NCBI GenBank assembly: GCA_965208905.1
Contig: OZ242365.1
Location: 384,001-448,000 of the forward strand
DNA: 64,000 bases
Direction: 5' to 3'
From: Nitrosopumilaceae archaeon
GTDB taxonomy: Archaea; Thermoproteota; Nitrososphaeria; Nitrososphaerales; Nitrosopumilaceae
Every line of letters begins with the position of its first letter. The stretch's first letter is position 1. The notes beneath the pieces are model-generated. The model did not search any database and was not told the origin of the DNA. It saw only the letters and a list, made by a program, of their open reading frames with translations. Shown here piece by piece: positions 10,383 to 20,875 of the stretch. Position numbers and translations under genes: made by a program.

Positions 10383-11826
10383 GGAACTGTCCCATCTACA
10401 GCGCGTGTCCCAAGACAGCGCGTAGATTGACAGCCTGTTGTACAACAGGTGTTGGTGGCGAACCACCATCCAGAGGAGTTACATTGAGATGTTCTTTGTT
10501 GGTTGGATGTTGACACCCATCCTTTGGACAGCCTGTGCCGGCCATCACGTCATTAGCACTTGGAGGAATCATGCAAGTGCCAAGATGTATCTTTCCTCTC
10601 AAGACCATTCCAGCCTTGGCTTGCAGACTATATGCGGTCTGCGCGCGCTTGCTCCAAGATATTACATCTGGAACGTATAGTATATTGTACGCGGCATTGA
10701 TGTCCGCGTGCATTAATACACCACATGTATGGCACCAAAACCTACTGCTCTTGCGCGTTGTGTTCTTACCACCGCACATACAGCACTGTTGAGATGTACC
10801 ACATTGATTGGTTTCCACATATTCTATACTGTGTTGCAGGGAACTCTGCGCGATGTGGCTTCGCGCCTCACCACATTTGGACTGCCGCATTAGACGGTTC
10901 TTGTTTTTCTGACCCTTCCCTTTTGTGGTTATGGTTCTGAGGTTCATGCCCTCCATGATGATTTTGTCGCACTGCGCGAATAGTTTTTTGGCGAACTTGC
11001 GCAGCCTGTCCGTCTGCCTATTTCCCATCTTACGGTATATACATTGCAGTTGCGCATGCAGGTTGCGCCACTTGTGTGAATAAAGTCTGCAATGAGACAT
11101 CCTTTTCTGTATTCGCGCTATGTTCCGCATGGTATCTTTTTCACGAAGTGTCAGCATCGCAATACTCCCATCCGACTTTCCAACAATGAGTGTGTGCTTG
11201 CCACCCATGTCTATGCCCGCATGTACGCCGGTCGTCTTGCGCTTTGGGATGTGTTCACGTATAGTAATATGCAACTCGAACTGCCTCTCCTTATCACTGT
11301 GGTTTGTAACATCCACAAGCTTGTATAACTGGGATGTATTCGGGAGTGTGCCTTTCTGTAGTTTGAAGGGCTTGTCGCATTTTGGGAAATACACCGTATC
11401 ACCCTTGGACTTCTTACCCAACGGGACCGCGCTGTATAGTGGATATATCTTACGCTCGTACTTTACATGCGCACAACCTTTCATCTTATGACCTTCCCGT
11501 ATGGCGCCGTGAACCCAGGCCTGTGGTATACCCTGACACATGGTGGCTACTTTATTGGTGTCGAACACTGACAGACCGGCCCGACGCGCCTCAATCCCCG
11601 CATTGAGCCATATGTGTGATTCCGAATACATCGAGTCAAAATATCTGGTGAGTTTGGTTGATGTCTTGAGACGGTACCGCAGAGTCCTAACAACGTACTT
11701 TCCACCTTTATACTTCATGTATTATTCACCACTCGGTGATATTTAAGCTTCTTGTTTGCCCAACATCTAAAGCAGGATGTCAATCTACGCGCTGTTTTGG
11801 GACACGCGCTGTTTTGGGACAGTTCA
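10383..11826 (-). mobile_element. TIR-bounded TnpB-only element, family A copy 1
   Basis: Inverted ends GGAACTGTCCCATCTACAGCGCGTGTCCC.. (10383) and ..GGGACACGCGCTGTTTTGGGACAGTTCA (11826); flanks TCTTACAG (10375-10382) and TCCTACAG (11827-11834) form an 8-bp TSD with 1 mismatch. Confidence 0.85.
10396..11718 (-). CDS. tnpB: TnpB RNA-guided endonuclease (family A)
   Basis: RuvC-I GIDMGGK, RuvC-II IMEGMNL, Zn finger TSQQCCMC..CHTC and RuvC-III HADINAAYNI; TTAAATA promoter about 25 bp upstream. Confidence 0.92.
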   Translation of the reverse strand: MKYKGGKYVVRTLRYRLKTSTKLTRYFDSMYSESHIWLNAGIEARRAGLSVFDTNKVATMCQGIPQAWVHGAIREGHKMKGCAHVKYERKIYPLYSAVPLGKKSKGDTVYFPKCDKPFKLQKGTLPNTSQLYKLVDVTNHSDKERQFELHITIREHIPKRKTTGVHAGIDMGGKHTLIVGKSDGSIAMLTLREKDTMRNIARIQKRMSHCRLYSHKWRNLHAQLQCIYRKMGNRQTDRLRKFAKKLFAQCDKIIMEGMNLRTITTKGKGQKNKNRLMRQSKCGEARSHIAQSSLQHSIEYVETNQCGTSQQCCMCGGKNTTRKSSRFWCHTCGVLMHADINAAYNILYVPDVISWSKRAQTAYSLQAKAGMVLRGKIHLGTCMIPPSANDVMAGTGCPKDGCQHPTNKEHLNVTPLDGGSPPTPVVQQAVNLRAVLGHAL

Positions 11827-12305
11827 TCCTACAGACATACAAGGTATTCTAAACTCAAATCTGGTCGTATCAAGGTATAGCTGTAAGGTCTTGGAGTATA
11901 CTACTAAGAGTTTATGCGTAATTGCACAACTTGGCAGTATTGGATCATTAAATCGGTGGCGTACAGCCATTCGTCCCTGCCGCGGAGGGTGACCATTGTA
12001 TCGAACGCGTCCTTTTTGGTCGGCTTTATGTTTTCCCACAAGATTCCGTTAGAGTCCATCATGTTTACCAATCTTGCCGTTTTGTTCCGCTTGTCCTGGT
12101 CGGACTCAAAGTCGCGAAAAATGACCCCGCAGAACAACGTGCGGTACGAAAACCTCAAAGGTGTTGAATCGAGGGTGGTATAGCATGTGCTCTGCCTCCC
12201 GCGCTACATCTTCCTTCATCCTGTGCCAAAGTCTGGCAGGTACTAAGAGATGATCTGTTATGTACGACCTGCTAACTTAATATTGGGAGCGGCGATGAAA
12301 AAGTC

Positions 12306-12977
12306 TTGATGAGTACAAATAATCCGAGGCTGGTACTGGTGGACTTTACTGCTAGACTGCCAGATGGTTCTGTAATCGACACCACACAGAGTGATCACAG
12401 CACAGATATACCCACTAAACCTCTAAGGCCAAGATTAGTATCTTTAGGGCACCCATCATTTGTAGTAGTCAAGGGTTTAGAAAGGGCACTCGAAGATGCC
12501 GAATTAAACGTACCACAAACCATAGAGGTGGAACCAAAGGATGCCTATGGTGAATGGAATCGTAAGTTGCTGCGGATGGTGACCGCCAGAAAACTAGAGG
12601 ATCCAGAAAAATCTGCCGTAGGGGATGAAATAAAGATTAACGGTAGAACAGGATTCATTAAATTTATGAGTTCTGGGAGAGTCCAGGTAGACTACAATCA
12701 CAGGTATGCAGGTAAAAAGATACGATATGACTTTACTGTTACCGACCTTTTGGATGCCGATAAGGCAAAGGTAGAAGCCATCTTGGAAGAGGCTGGTTTT
12801 GGCGATGAGCCCAACTACCAACTTGATGAGGGTTCACTGGAGATATCAATACCAAACGATATGCTTAAGGACGAAAAATTTCAGAACAGGATATTCCAGC
12901 TTCAAATGAACATATTCCGTTTTGTATCAGATCTCAAAGACATACGATTCACAATAGAGTTTACAGCGCCAGCTTAG
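12306..12977 (+). CDS. FKBP-type peptidyl-prolyl isomerase (long archaeal SlyD-like)
   Basis: VIDTT, VKGLERAL, EPKDAYG and VDYNHRYAGK motifs. Confidence 0.88.
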   Translation: MMSTNNPRLVLVDFTARLPDGSVIDTTQSDHSTDIPTKPLRPRLVSLGHPSFVVVKGLERALEDAELNVPQTIEVEPKDAYGEWNRKLLRMVTARKLEDPEKSAVGDEIKINGRTGFIKFMSSGRVQVDYNHRYAGKKIRYDFTVTDLLDADKAKVEAILEEAGFGDEPNYQLDEGSLEISIPNDMLKDEKFQNRIFQLQMNIFRFVSDLKDIRFTIEFTAPA

Positions 12978-14029
12978 ATTATGCCGCTCTCCAGAGCCAG
13001 TCTCTTGGCGGAGGATGCATCTAGTGATACCTCTTTTAGTATCGTGTAGCGCTCTGGCCGTAGGCTCTGGGCCATGCATAGTGCCTGGACAACATCCTCA
13101 TCAGAGAGCCCTATGTCGGCAGCAGTTGTGGGGGCGCCCACATTCTTAAGGGCAGTAGTTATACTCTGATGGTCCAAGCCATGTAGTTTGGCCATTACTA
13201 TAGAGCCAATTCCGCACTTTTCACCGTGCAGTCCCTTCCCTGGAGTTATCTTGTCCAGTGCATGTGAGAAGAGATGCTCAGCTCCCGAACACGGTCGGCT
13301 ACTACCGGCTATACATGATGCCACACCCGCACTGATCAAAGCTTCCACAATAAGACGTACTTCTGGGCCCTTCTCGGCAAAGGTGGCCGCATTCTCCATA
13401 ATCATGTTGGCGCTCATCATGGCCAAGCTGGCAGAGTATCTCCCATAGTACTCGCCGGTTTTTTCGTGAGATAGTTGCCAGTCCTGGACGGCTATTATAT
13501 TAGCCACCAAATCACCACAGCCACTGGCCAGTAATTTGGCAGGGGCGCTCTTTATGATATCCAAATCAACAAACACTCCCAAAGGCGACCTCGCCACTCT
13601 AGAGTGGGGACGATCTCCCTTTACAGACACAAAGGGGCTGGCCATACCATCATGTGAGGCTGCCGTAGGAACACTGACGTATGGTCTATCCAGACTGGTA
13701 GCGGTCATCTTTGCGATATCAACGGACCTGCCTCCGCCTATACCCACCACAACATCTGGTCTATCCTGCGTGATGGCGCTCTTGGCCATCGTAAATGACA
13801 CAGTATTGTTGTCCTGAAAGATATGCCATGTGTATCTTATATTTGCCGCCTCCAGTGAGGCCTCAATTATACTACCTAGAACTCTTTTGACGTTCGCCCC
13901 AGAGACCAACGATGCGCAGCCGCCCTTTATCAAATGTATTAAAAAGTCTCCTATCTCTTGTATGTTATTCTCGCCTATAACTATACGGCGGGGCAGCTCC
14001 ATAATATGAGGGGCATTTGACACCAACAT
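12974..14029 (-). CDS. egsA: sn-glycerol-1-phosphate dehydrogenase
   Basis: GIGGGRSVDIAK, PTAASHDGMASP, SSRPCSGAEH and LHGEKCG motifs. Confidence 0.95.
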   Translation of the reverse strand: MLVSNAPHIMELPRRIVIGENNIQEIGDFLIHLIKGGCASLVSGANVKRVLGSIIEASLEAANIRYTWHIFQDNNTVSFTMAKSAITQDRPDVVVGIGGGRSVDIAKMTATSLDRPYVSVPTAASHDGMASPFVSVKGDRPHSRVARSPLGVFVDLDIIKSAPAKLLASGCGDLVANIIAVQDWQLSHEKTGEYYGRYSASLAMMSANMIMENAATFAEKGPEVRLIVEALISAGVASCIAGSSRPCSGAEHLFSHALDKITPGKGLHGEKCGIGSIVMAKLHGLDHQSITTALKNVGAPTTAADIGLSDEDVVQALCMAQSLRPERYTILKEVSLDASSAKRLALESGII

Positions 14030-14090
14030 ACATCAGAATTATAAAGTTATTTAAAAGGGTGCCATACTAACAGAGTTACAAGGTGAACTT

Positions 14091-14720
14091 TTGGAGATCA
14101 TACAGGATAAAATTCTACATGGGACAACTACAGTTGGCATAAAGGCCGATGAAGGTGTGGTGCTATGCGCCGATATGCGAGCCAGCGCTGGATACTTTAT
14201 CGCCAACAACAACACAATGAAGATACAAAAGATAGACCATCATGCCGGTCTCACATTGGCCGGCGGTGTAGCTGACGCTCAAAATATAGTAGACATCCTT
14301 CGGTATCACGCAAACTTACACCGTCTAACAAATAATATCCCCATACCAATCAGATCATTGGCCCGTCTTACATCCCTACTGTTTCATAGAAATCGTGGAT
14401 ACCCGTTTATCGCGGATATTCTAGTGGGTGGATATGATAGTGACGGAGCTGCCTTATTCAATATAGACATGTTCGGCTCCGTAGAGGAGAAGCCATTTGT
14501 CACCACAGGAAGTGGTTCGCCGGTTGCCTATGGTGTTCTTGAGAACGAGTATACGGACAATTTGACCATACAAGATGCCAAAAGAGTTGCGTTGCAAGCA
14601 GTCAAGGCGGCCATAGTCAGGAATATTGGTACCGGAGATGGCATCAACATTGCCATTATAGATAAAGATGGATTCCGTCTACTAACCGAAGAACGGAAGA
14701 AGGCCATAATCAACCTCTAG
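14091..14720 (+). CDS. psmB: Proteasome subunit beta
   Basis: Short propeptide then HG-TTTVG, ADMRAS, AGGVADAQ and TGSGS. Confidence 0.95.
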   Translation: MEIIQDKILHGTTTVGIKADEGVVLCADMRASAGYFIANNNTMKIQKIDHHAGLTLAGGVADAQNIVDILRYHANLHRLTNNIPIPIRSLARLTSLLFHRNRGYPFIADILVGGYDSDGAALFNIDMFGSVEEKPFVTTGSGSPVAYGVLENEYTDNLTIQDAKRVALQAVKAAIVRNIGTGDGINIAIIDKDGFRLLTEERKKAIINL

Positions 14721-14727
14721 AGGTACA

Positions 14728-16656
14728 ATGTCCAAAAAGAGTGATAGGGATAATCCCAATCAAAACATAATTGCAACCATACTTCAAAAGATACCACCGG
14801 GTTCCCAGATAACAAAGATTGAGTATGAAGGGCCCCGCATAGCCATATACACCACATCCCCAAAGTTCCTATTAGAGAGAAACAAGACATTATCGAATTT
14901 AGTAAGCACCATAAAGAAGAGAATAGTAGTACGGACAGACCAATCCATACGCAAGCCCGAAGCAGAGGCCAAAAAGATTTTGACAAAACTTGTACCCAAA
15001 GATGCAAAACTGCAAGGTGCCTTCTTTGATGATACCATAGGCGAAGTAACTATAGAGGTCAAGCGTCCATGGCTCTTGCAGAAGAACCCAGAATTTTTAC
15101 ATAATGATGTTGTAGAGCAGTTGGGGTGGCGTATCCGTGTGCGAAAAGCCACAACTACATCCTCATCTACCATTCAGACCATAAACTATATGCTAAAAGT
15201 TTCGACGCAGGAACGCTCAAAGCAGCTCCGCCAGATTGGTGATGACATATTTCGGCCCAAGATAGCACCAAAGTCCGAAGTGTCGCTACTGACATTGGGC
15301 GGATTCGGACAGGTGGGCCGCTCGTGCATGTTGCTGACTACGCCTGAGAGTCGCATTCTGCTGGACTGTGGTGTCAATCCTGGAGCACGCACCGCCAGTG
15401 AGGCATACCCTCGTCTGGACTGGGCAAATATCGCACTATCAGATATAGATGCCGTGGTGATAGGGCATGCGCATCTGGATCATACTGGTTTTCTGCCGGT
15501 GTTGTGTAAATACGGGTATGGAGGTCCCATATACTGTACGGAACCCACACTCCCCATGATGAATCTTATACAGTTGGATGCCATAAAGGTGGCTAGCGCG
15601 CAAGGTAGAATACCATTATACTCAGAGCGGGATGTAAAACAGGTGATGAAGCAGTCCATCACACTTTCGTATAATATGGTTACCGACATATCACCAGATA
15701 TAAAGTTGGTATTGGCCAATGCAGGCCACATATTGGGCTCGGCATTGTGCCACTTTCACATAGGTAATGGGGATCATAACTTTGTATACTCGGGCGATAT
15801 AAAATTTGGTAAGAGTATTCTGTTTGAGGCGGCAGACTGGCGCTTCCCCCGGGTGGAGACGCTGCTTATAGAGAGTACATACGGTCTAAAAGAGGACATA
15901 CAACCCAATCGTCAAGAGGTGGAGTCGGCATTCGTCAATGTGGTAAACCAGACTCTGGCCGATGGTGGCAAAGTACTCATACCCATACCCGCTGTAGGGC
16001 GTGCGCAAGAGATAATGATGGTAATTGATCATTACATGAAGGCCGGCAAGATGGTCGAGGCTCCGGTCTTTACGGAAGGCATGATATCTGAGGCATCAGC
16101 CATACATGAGTCATATCCGGAGTATTTGGCCCGAGAACTACGCCAAAAGATACTAGAGACTGATGATAACCCCTTTGACTCAGAGTACTTTACCAATATA
16201 GAACATACTAGTTCTCGGGGCGAGGCCCTGCGTGAAGACTCACCGGGAATAGTTTTGGCCACATCAGGAATGTTGGAGGGCGGTCCTGTTCTGGAGTACT
16301 TTAAGAATATAGCTCCCCACAAACAGAACAAGATATTGTTTGTATCATATCAGGTGAACGGCACAATGGGTAGACGCGTTCTAGATGGCGCACACCAAGT
16401 CTCAATGTTGGGCAGAGGAGGAAAGGTTGAGGCTGTAACCATAAACGCAGGTATAGAGAAGTTGGATGGTTTCAGCGGCCACAGTGACTACAACCAACTA
16501 ATGTCATTTGTACATAGGCTACGGCCAAAACTCAAGCGTGTATTAGTAAATCATGGTGAGAGGCGAAAGTCTGAAAACCTGGCAGCGAACATTCGGCGCA
16601 TGTATAGACTGCATGCGCACAACCCTCAGATACAAGAGGCAATAAAATTATTTTAA
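14728..16656 (+). CDS. Archaeal beta-CASP ribonuclease aCPSF1 / transcription termination factor FttA
   Basis: N-terminal KH domains (EYEGP), HAHLDH, AGHILGSA, ESTYG, FSGHSD and HGE motifs; follows psmB as is typical. Confidence 0.93.
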   Translation: MSKKSDRDNPNQNIIATILQKIPPGSQITKIEYEGPRIAIYTTSPKFLLERNKTLSNLVSTIKKRIVVRTDQSIRKPEAEAKKILTKLVPKDAKLQGAFFDDTIGEVTIEVKRPWLLQKNPEFLHNDVVEQLGWRIRVRKATTTSSSTIQTINYMLKVSTQERSKQLRQIGDDIFRPKIAPKSEVSLLTLGGFGQVGRSCMLLTTPESRILLDCGVNPGARTASEAYPRLDWANIALSDIDAVVIGHAHLDHTGFLPVLCKYGYGGPIYCTEPTLPMMNLIQLDAIKVASAQGRIPLYSERDVKQVMKQSITLSYNMVTDISPDIKLVLANAGHILGSALCHFHIGNGDHNFVYSGDIKFGKSILFEAADWRFPRVETLLIESTYGLKEDIQPNRQEVESAFVNVVNQTLADGGKVLIPIPAVGRAQEIMMVIDHYMKAGKMVEAPVFTEGMISEASAIHESYPEYLARELRQKILETDDNPFDSEYFTNIEHTSSRGEALREDSPGIVLATSGMLEGGPVLEYFKNIAPHKQNKILFVSYQVNGTMGRRVLDGAHQVSMLGRGGKVEAVTINAGIEKLDGFSGHSDYNQLMSFVHRLRPKLKRVLVNHGERRKSENLAANIRRMYRLHAHNPQIQEAIKLF

Positions 16657-16923
16657 TCCGTATTCAGGCTTCCATATACGCACATCTTTGGGTGCAATTA
16701 TAATTCTCTCATCACCTAGACGAGCAATCTCGGCATCCTCCTTCCTTGTAATTGCGTATAACTCTTCCACCATGCTTCGCAGCTCCTGAACATCTTTCTG
16801 TGACATGGGCCCGACACGTATTATGAGAATCAGGCCGTTTTGGATATCCTTCTTTATGATGTCAATATCAGTATGATCATGTACAGTAAAGGCTTTCAGG
16901 TATAATGGTTTTGTTGGGGCCAT
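16648..16923 (-). CDS. sepF: Archaeal SepF-like protein
   Basis: 91 aa with YLKA..IKKDIQNGLILI..IARLGDERIIIAPKDVRIW pattern. Confidence 0.8.
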   Translation of the reverse strand: MAPTKPLYLKAFTVHDHTDIDIIKKDIQNGLILIIRVGPMSQKDVQELRSMVEELYAITRKEDAEIARLGDERIIIAPKDVRIWKPEYGLK

Positions 16924-17062
16924 GGTATATTATAATTCTTGTGACAAAAAAATCTTGTGGATCGTTGTTGCTTAGAAAAATTAGACTATAGCACACAATA
17001 CCACTACTGTGGGGCTACATTCACAAGATGGTTATAAATTGGGAGGAAAAAACCATAATACC

Positions 17063-18376
17063 ATGTCTGTAAAAGAGTCGTATAGTGATATTTTTGAAAA
17101 ACTAGAGAGGCACCATAAATGGTTCAACGAGTCTTTGCCTCTTATAGCCAGTGAGAATATACCCAGTCCGGCAGTTCGGGAGGTGTTGGTTTCAGACTTT
17201 GGAAATAGGTATGCCGAGGGGTGGCCCGGTGAGCGAGTTTATGCAGGGTGTACCTACATAGATGAGGTTGAAGTAATATGCATGCGGCTGGCCCAAAAGT
17301 TATACAACGCGGAGTTTGCCGATGTACGGCCGCCATCCGGCGTACTAGCCAATCTGGCCATATATTCAGCGTTTGCACAGCCGCATGATATTATGATGGC
17401 GCCATCCATACCGGCCGGAGGACACATCTCCCATGGCAAGCGCGAGCACGCAGGGACTGCAGGGTTGGTACATGGACTTGATGTGGAGTTCTATTCCTTT
17501 GATGCCACACAGATGAATATTGATGTTGATAAGACAAAGCAGAAGGTACGACAGATGGTACAAGATGGCAGAACCCCCAAGATGGCCATGTTTGGCGGCT
17601 CACTCTTTCTGTTCCCTCATCCCGTAAAAGAGCTGGCAGACTTTCTAAAAGGGTATGATATTCACATAAACTATGATGCAGCCCATGTGGCGGGCCTCAT
17701 CGCCGGGGGTGTATTTCAAGACCCTCTAAGAGAGGGAGTAGACACCATGACCATGAGTACACACAAGACACTCTTTGGACCTCAGGGAGGGCTGATATTG
17801 GGGTTCGAGAGGCACATGGAGGATATAAAAAAATCGGTATTCCCGGGCACGACTAGCAGCCATCACATACATCACATGGCAGCTAAGGCCGTTGCATTTG
17901 CTGAAATGTTAGAGTTTGGTGTGTCATACGCACAACAGGTGGTTGCAAACGCAAAGGCATTGGCAGAGTCTTTGAGCGATATGGGATTCAAGGTGCTGGG
18001 CGAAGATAACGGATTTACCAAGTCGCACCAGGTGGCAGTCAACGTTTTGGATTATTCGGACGGGGGCAATGTGGAGGCGGACTTGGAGAAGGCCAACATT
18101 ATAGTGAATCGGCAGTTGATACCTGGTGATATAAAGGCGGGCCGAAACTACTTTCATCCGGGCGGTATACGTCTAGGTGTTTCTGAAATTACAAGGTTAG
18201 GTATGAAGGAATCTGCCATGAAGGAGGTGGCCAATTATATCAAACAGGTAATAATAGACAAAAAGAATGCCGATACAATAAAGGATAGTGTTAGGTTATT
18301 CCGGCAGGACTACCAAAACGTGCAGTATTGTTTTGATGGGAAGCTTGGCGCCTACGAGTACATCAAACTGCGATGA
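17063..18376 (+). CDS. glyA: Serine hydroxymethyltransferase
   Basis: LIASEN, RYAEG, GGHISH, DAAHVAGL, STHKT and GGIRLG motifs; start moved to ATG 17063. Confidence 0.95.
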   Translation: MSVKESYSDIFEKLERHHKWFNESLPLIASENIPSPAVREVLVSDFGNRYAEGWPGERVYAGCTYIDEVEVICMRLAQKLYNAEFADVRPPSGVLANLAIYSAFAQPHDIMMAPSIPAGGHISHGKREHAGTAGLVHGLDVEFYSFDATQMNIDVDKTKQKVRQMVQDGRTPKMAMFGGSLFLFPHPVKELADFLKGYDIHINYDAAHVAGLIAGGVFQDPLREGVDTMTMSTHKTLFGPQGGLILGFERHMEDIKKSVFPGTTSSHHIHHMAAKAVAFAEMLEFGVSYAQQVVANAKALAESLSDMGFKVLGEDNGFTKSHQVAVNVLDYSDGGNVEADLEKANIIVNRQLIPGDIKAGRNYFHPGGIRLGVSEITRLGMKESAMKEVANYIKQVIIDKKNADTIKDSVRLFRQDYQNVQYCFDGKLGAYEYIKLR

Positions 18377-18422
18377 TTACACTATATCTATTGGTCCTTT
18401 CAAAATTCGACGATATATCATA

Positions 18423-19864
18423 GGAACTGTCCCATCTACAGCGCGTGTCCCAGGACAGCGCGTAGATTGACATCCTATTTTAGATGTTGGGCAAACAAGA
18501 AGCTTAAATATCATCAAGTGGTAAACCACACATGAAGTACAGAGGCGAAAAGTACGTCATTAGAACTCTTCGGTACCGTCTCAAGACATCAACCAAACTC
18601 ACCAGATATTTTGACTCGATATATTCGGAATCACACATATGGCTCAATGCGGGGATTGAGGCGCGTCGGGCCGGTCTGTCAGTATTCGACACCAACAAAA
18701 TAGCCACCATATGCCAGACAATCCCCCAAGCTTGGGTTCATGGCGCGATACGGGAAGGCCACAAGATGGAGGGATGTACTCACGTAAAGTATAGCAAAAA
18801 GGTTTACCCCCTGTTTAGTAGCGTGCCGCTCGGCAAAAAGTCCAAGGGTGACACGGTGTACTTTCCAAAGTGTGATACTTCTTTCAAACTGCAAAAAGGG
18901 TGTCTACCTGACACATCACAGTCGTATAAAATCGTAGATGTGTCGAATAGTACAGACAGGGAAAGACAGTTCGAGCTGCATGTAACTGTACGTGAACATG
19001 TCCCGGACCGTGTATGTACCGGCATACATGCGGGTATTGACATGGGCGGCAAGCACACACTGATTGTTGGAAAGTCTGACGGTACAATTGATATGCTTAC
19101 ATTGCGCGAGAAGGATACTATACGGAATATCGCACGGATTCAAAAGAAGATGTCCCATTGCAGACTTCACTCCCACAAGTGGTGTACACTGCACGCGCAG
19201 CTGCAAAGCACATACCGCAAGATGGGGAATAGGCAGACAGACAAGCTGCGTAAGTTTGCCAAAAAACTGTTCGCGCAATGCGATAAAATCATCATGGAGG
19301 GGATGAACCTCAGAACCATGACCACAAAAGGGAAGGATCAGAAAAACAAGAACCGTCTAATGCGACAATCAAAATGTGGCGAGGCGCGGGCCTTGCTGGC
19401 GCAACAATCACTTAAACATAACACCGAGTATGTCGAGATTGACCAGAAATATACATCACAGTTATGCTGTGTGTGCGGTAGTAAAAACACGGGGCGCAAA
19501 AGCAGCCAGTTCAGGTGTTATGATTGTAATGTTCTGATGCACGCTGATATAAACGCCGCATTCAACATCCTTTTCACTTTTCGTACTGTACAGTGGAGCA
19601 AGCGGGTGCAAGCCGTTTACGCACTGTACAACAAGGCCGGAATGGTCTTGAGAGGGAAGATACATCTCGCGACACTCACTATACCCAGTGTCGTTGGTGA
19701 TGTGATGGCCGGTACAGGCTGTCCAAAGGATGGGCGTCAAAGTCCAACCAACAAGGAACGTCTCAATGGAGCTCCTCTGGATGGTAATTTGCCAACATCT
19801 GTGTTAACACAGGATGTCAATCAACGCGCTGTCTTGGGACACGCGCTGTAGATAGGACAGTTCC
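18423..19864 (+). mobile_element. TIR-bounded TnpB-only element, family A copy 2
   Basis: About 50-bp inverted ends GGAACTGTCCCATCTACAGCGCG.. (18423) and ..CGCGCTGTAGATAGGACAGTTCC (19864); flanks do not match, so no TSD is retained. Confidence 0.85.
18532..19851 (+). CDS. tnpB: TnpB RNA-guided endonuclease (family A)
   Basis: GIDMGGK / IMEGMNL / TSQLCCVC..CYDC / HADINAAFNI; paralog of 10396-11718. Confidence 0.92.
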   Translation: MKYRGEKYVIRTLRYRLKTSTKLTRYFDSIYSESHIWLNAGIEARRAGLSVFDTNKIATICQTIPQAWVHGAIREGHKMEGCTHVKYSKKVYPLFSSVPLGKKSKGDTVYFPKCDTSFKLQKGCLPDTSQSYKIVDVSNSTDRERQFELHVTVREHVPDRVCTGIHAGIDMGGKHTLIVGKSDGTIDMLTLREKDTIRNIARIQKKMSHCRLHSHKWCTLHAQLQSTYRKMGNRQTDKLRKFAKKLFAQCDKIIMEGMNLRTMTTKGKDQKNKNRLMRQSKCGEARALLAQQSLKHNTEYVEIDQKYTSQLCCVCGSKNTGRKSSQFRCYDCNVLMHADINAAFNILFTFRTVQWSKRVQAVYALYNKAGMVLRGKIHLATLTIPSVVGDVMAGTGCPKDGRQSPTNKERLNGAPLDGNLPTSVLTQDVNQRAVLGHAL

Positions 19865-19883
19865 CACAAATTAGAATATTCAC

Positions 19884-20875
19884 TCTATAGTCCTGAAATC
19901 AGTTCGCTATTTAAGATATGAGTTGGGCAGTCGATATGTTTGGAATAGGGGCAAACGCCACAGGATCATGGCAAAACTTGATCCAGTCAAAGTAAGATAC
20001 ATCGTACGGCAAAAGGAGTTTGGAAGAAGCACTAAGGAAATAGCAGCGGAGATGAAGGTGAGTGGGCGATGGGTCCAAAAGTTGTATACCAAGTATCGCA
20101 AAATAAGGGAGATTCCATCCCTCAAAAAGCCTGGCAGGCCCAAGGCTGTCATTACAGACCGCATGCGCAAGATGGTATTGATATGCGTTGAACAGTACCA
20201 GATAGGTGCTGTAGGAATAGAAAAGGAGCTGGACAGATGGGGAATCCATATACCACACAACACCATTCACAGAATAATGATAGTCTGGACTGGCTACTAG
20301 TCAGCCAAAAAAAGTCACGTAGGCGCAGATGGATACGGTACGAGCGTACTCACTCAAACTCGATGTGGCATGCCGACTATAAACTGCTAGACGATGGTAG
20401 ATGGTTCATAGTATATCAGGATGATGCCTCGTGGTTCATAGTAGGATACGGCGTGTTCTCTGAGGCCACTGGCAGGCACGTAATAGACGTACTACATAAT
20501 GCAATATCAAAGCACGGCACGCCTGCCTCGATACTTACCGACCACGGCAGTTAGTTCTATGCAAGCGAGTCAGAACACAAGAAAAAGGGTGCTTCGGAGT
20601 TTGAGCAGGAACTGATTAGGTTAGGTATACGGCACATACCGGTACGGGTAAACCATCCCCAAACAAACGGCAAGCTGGATCGGTTTGAGGATATACGCAG
20701 GTTCGTAACCTGGTGGAACCATATCCGGCCTCACATGTCATTGGACTGGGACAGTCTGGAGACGCCTGCCGAGGCGTTTATACGCAAGATGCCGCCTAAA
20801 GGAACCACCGTGGTAGACGAGCAATCCAGGGGGCGTATGATGTCACGTGGGGCGAACTAATTTCGGGATTGCACA
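19884..20875 (+). mobile_element. Degenerate IS481-family element
   Basis: Imperfect ~25-bp inverted ends TCTATAGTCCTGAAATCAGTTCGC and GCGAACTAATTTCGGGATTGCACA around a broken integrase-core transposase. Confidence 0.75.
19968..20850 (+). pseudogene. IS481-family DDE transposase pseudogene
   Basis: HTH, RYERTHSNSMWHAD, ILTDHGS and HPQTNGKL pieces in different frames; frameshift near 20290 and in-frame TAG at 20552-20554. Confidence 0.85.
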
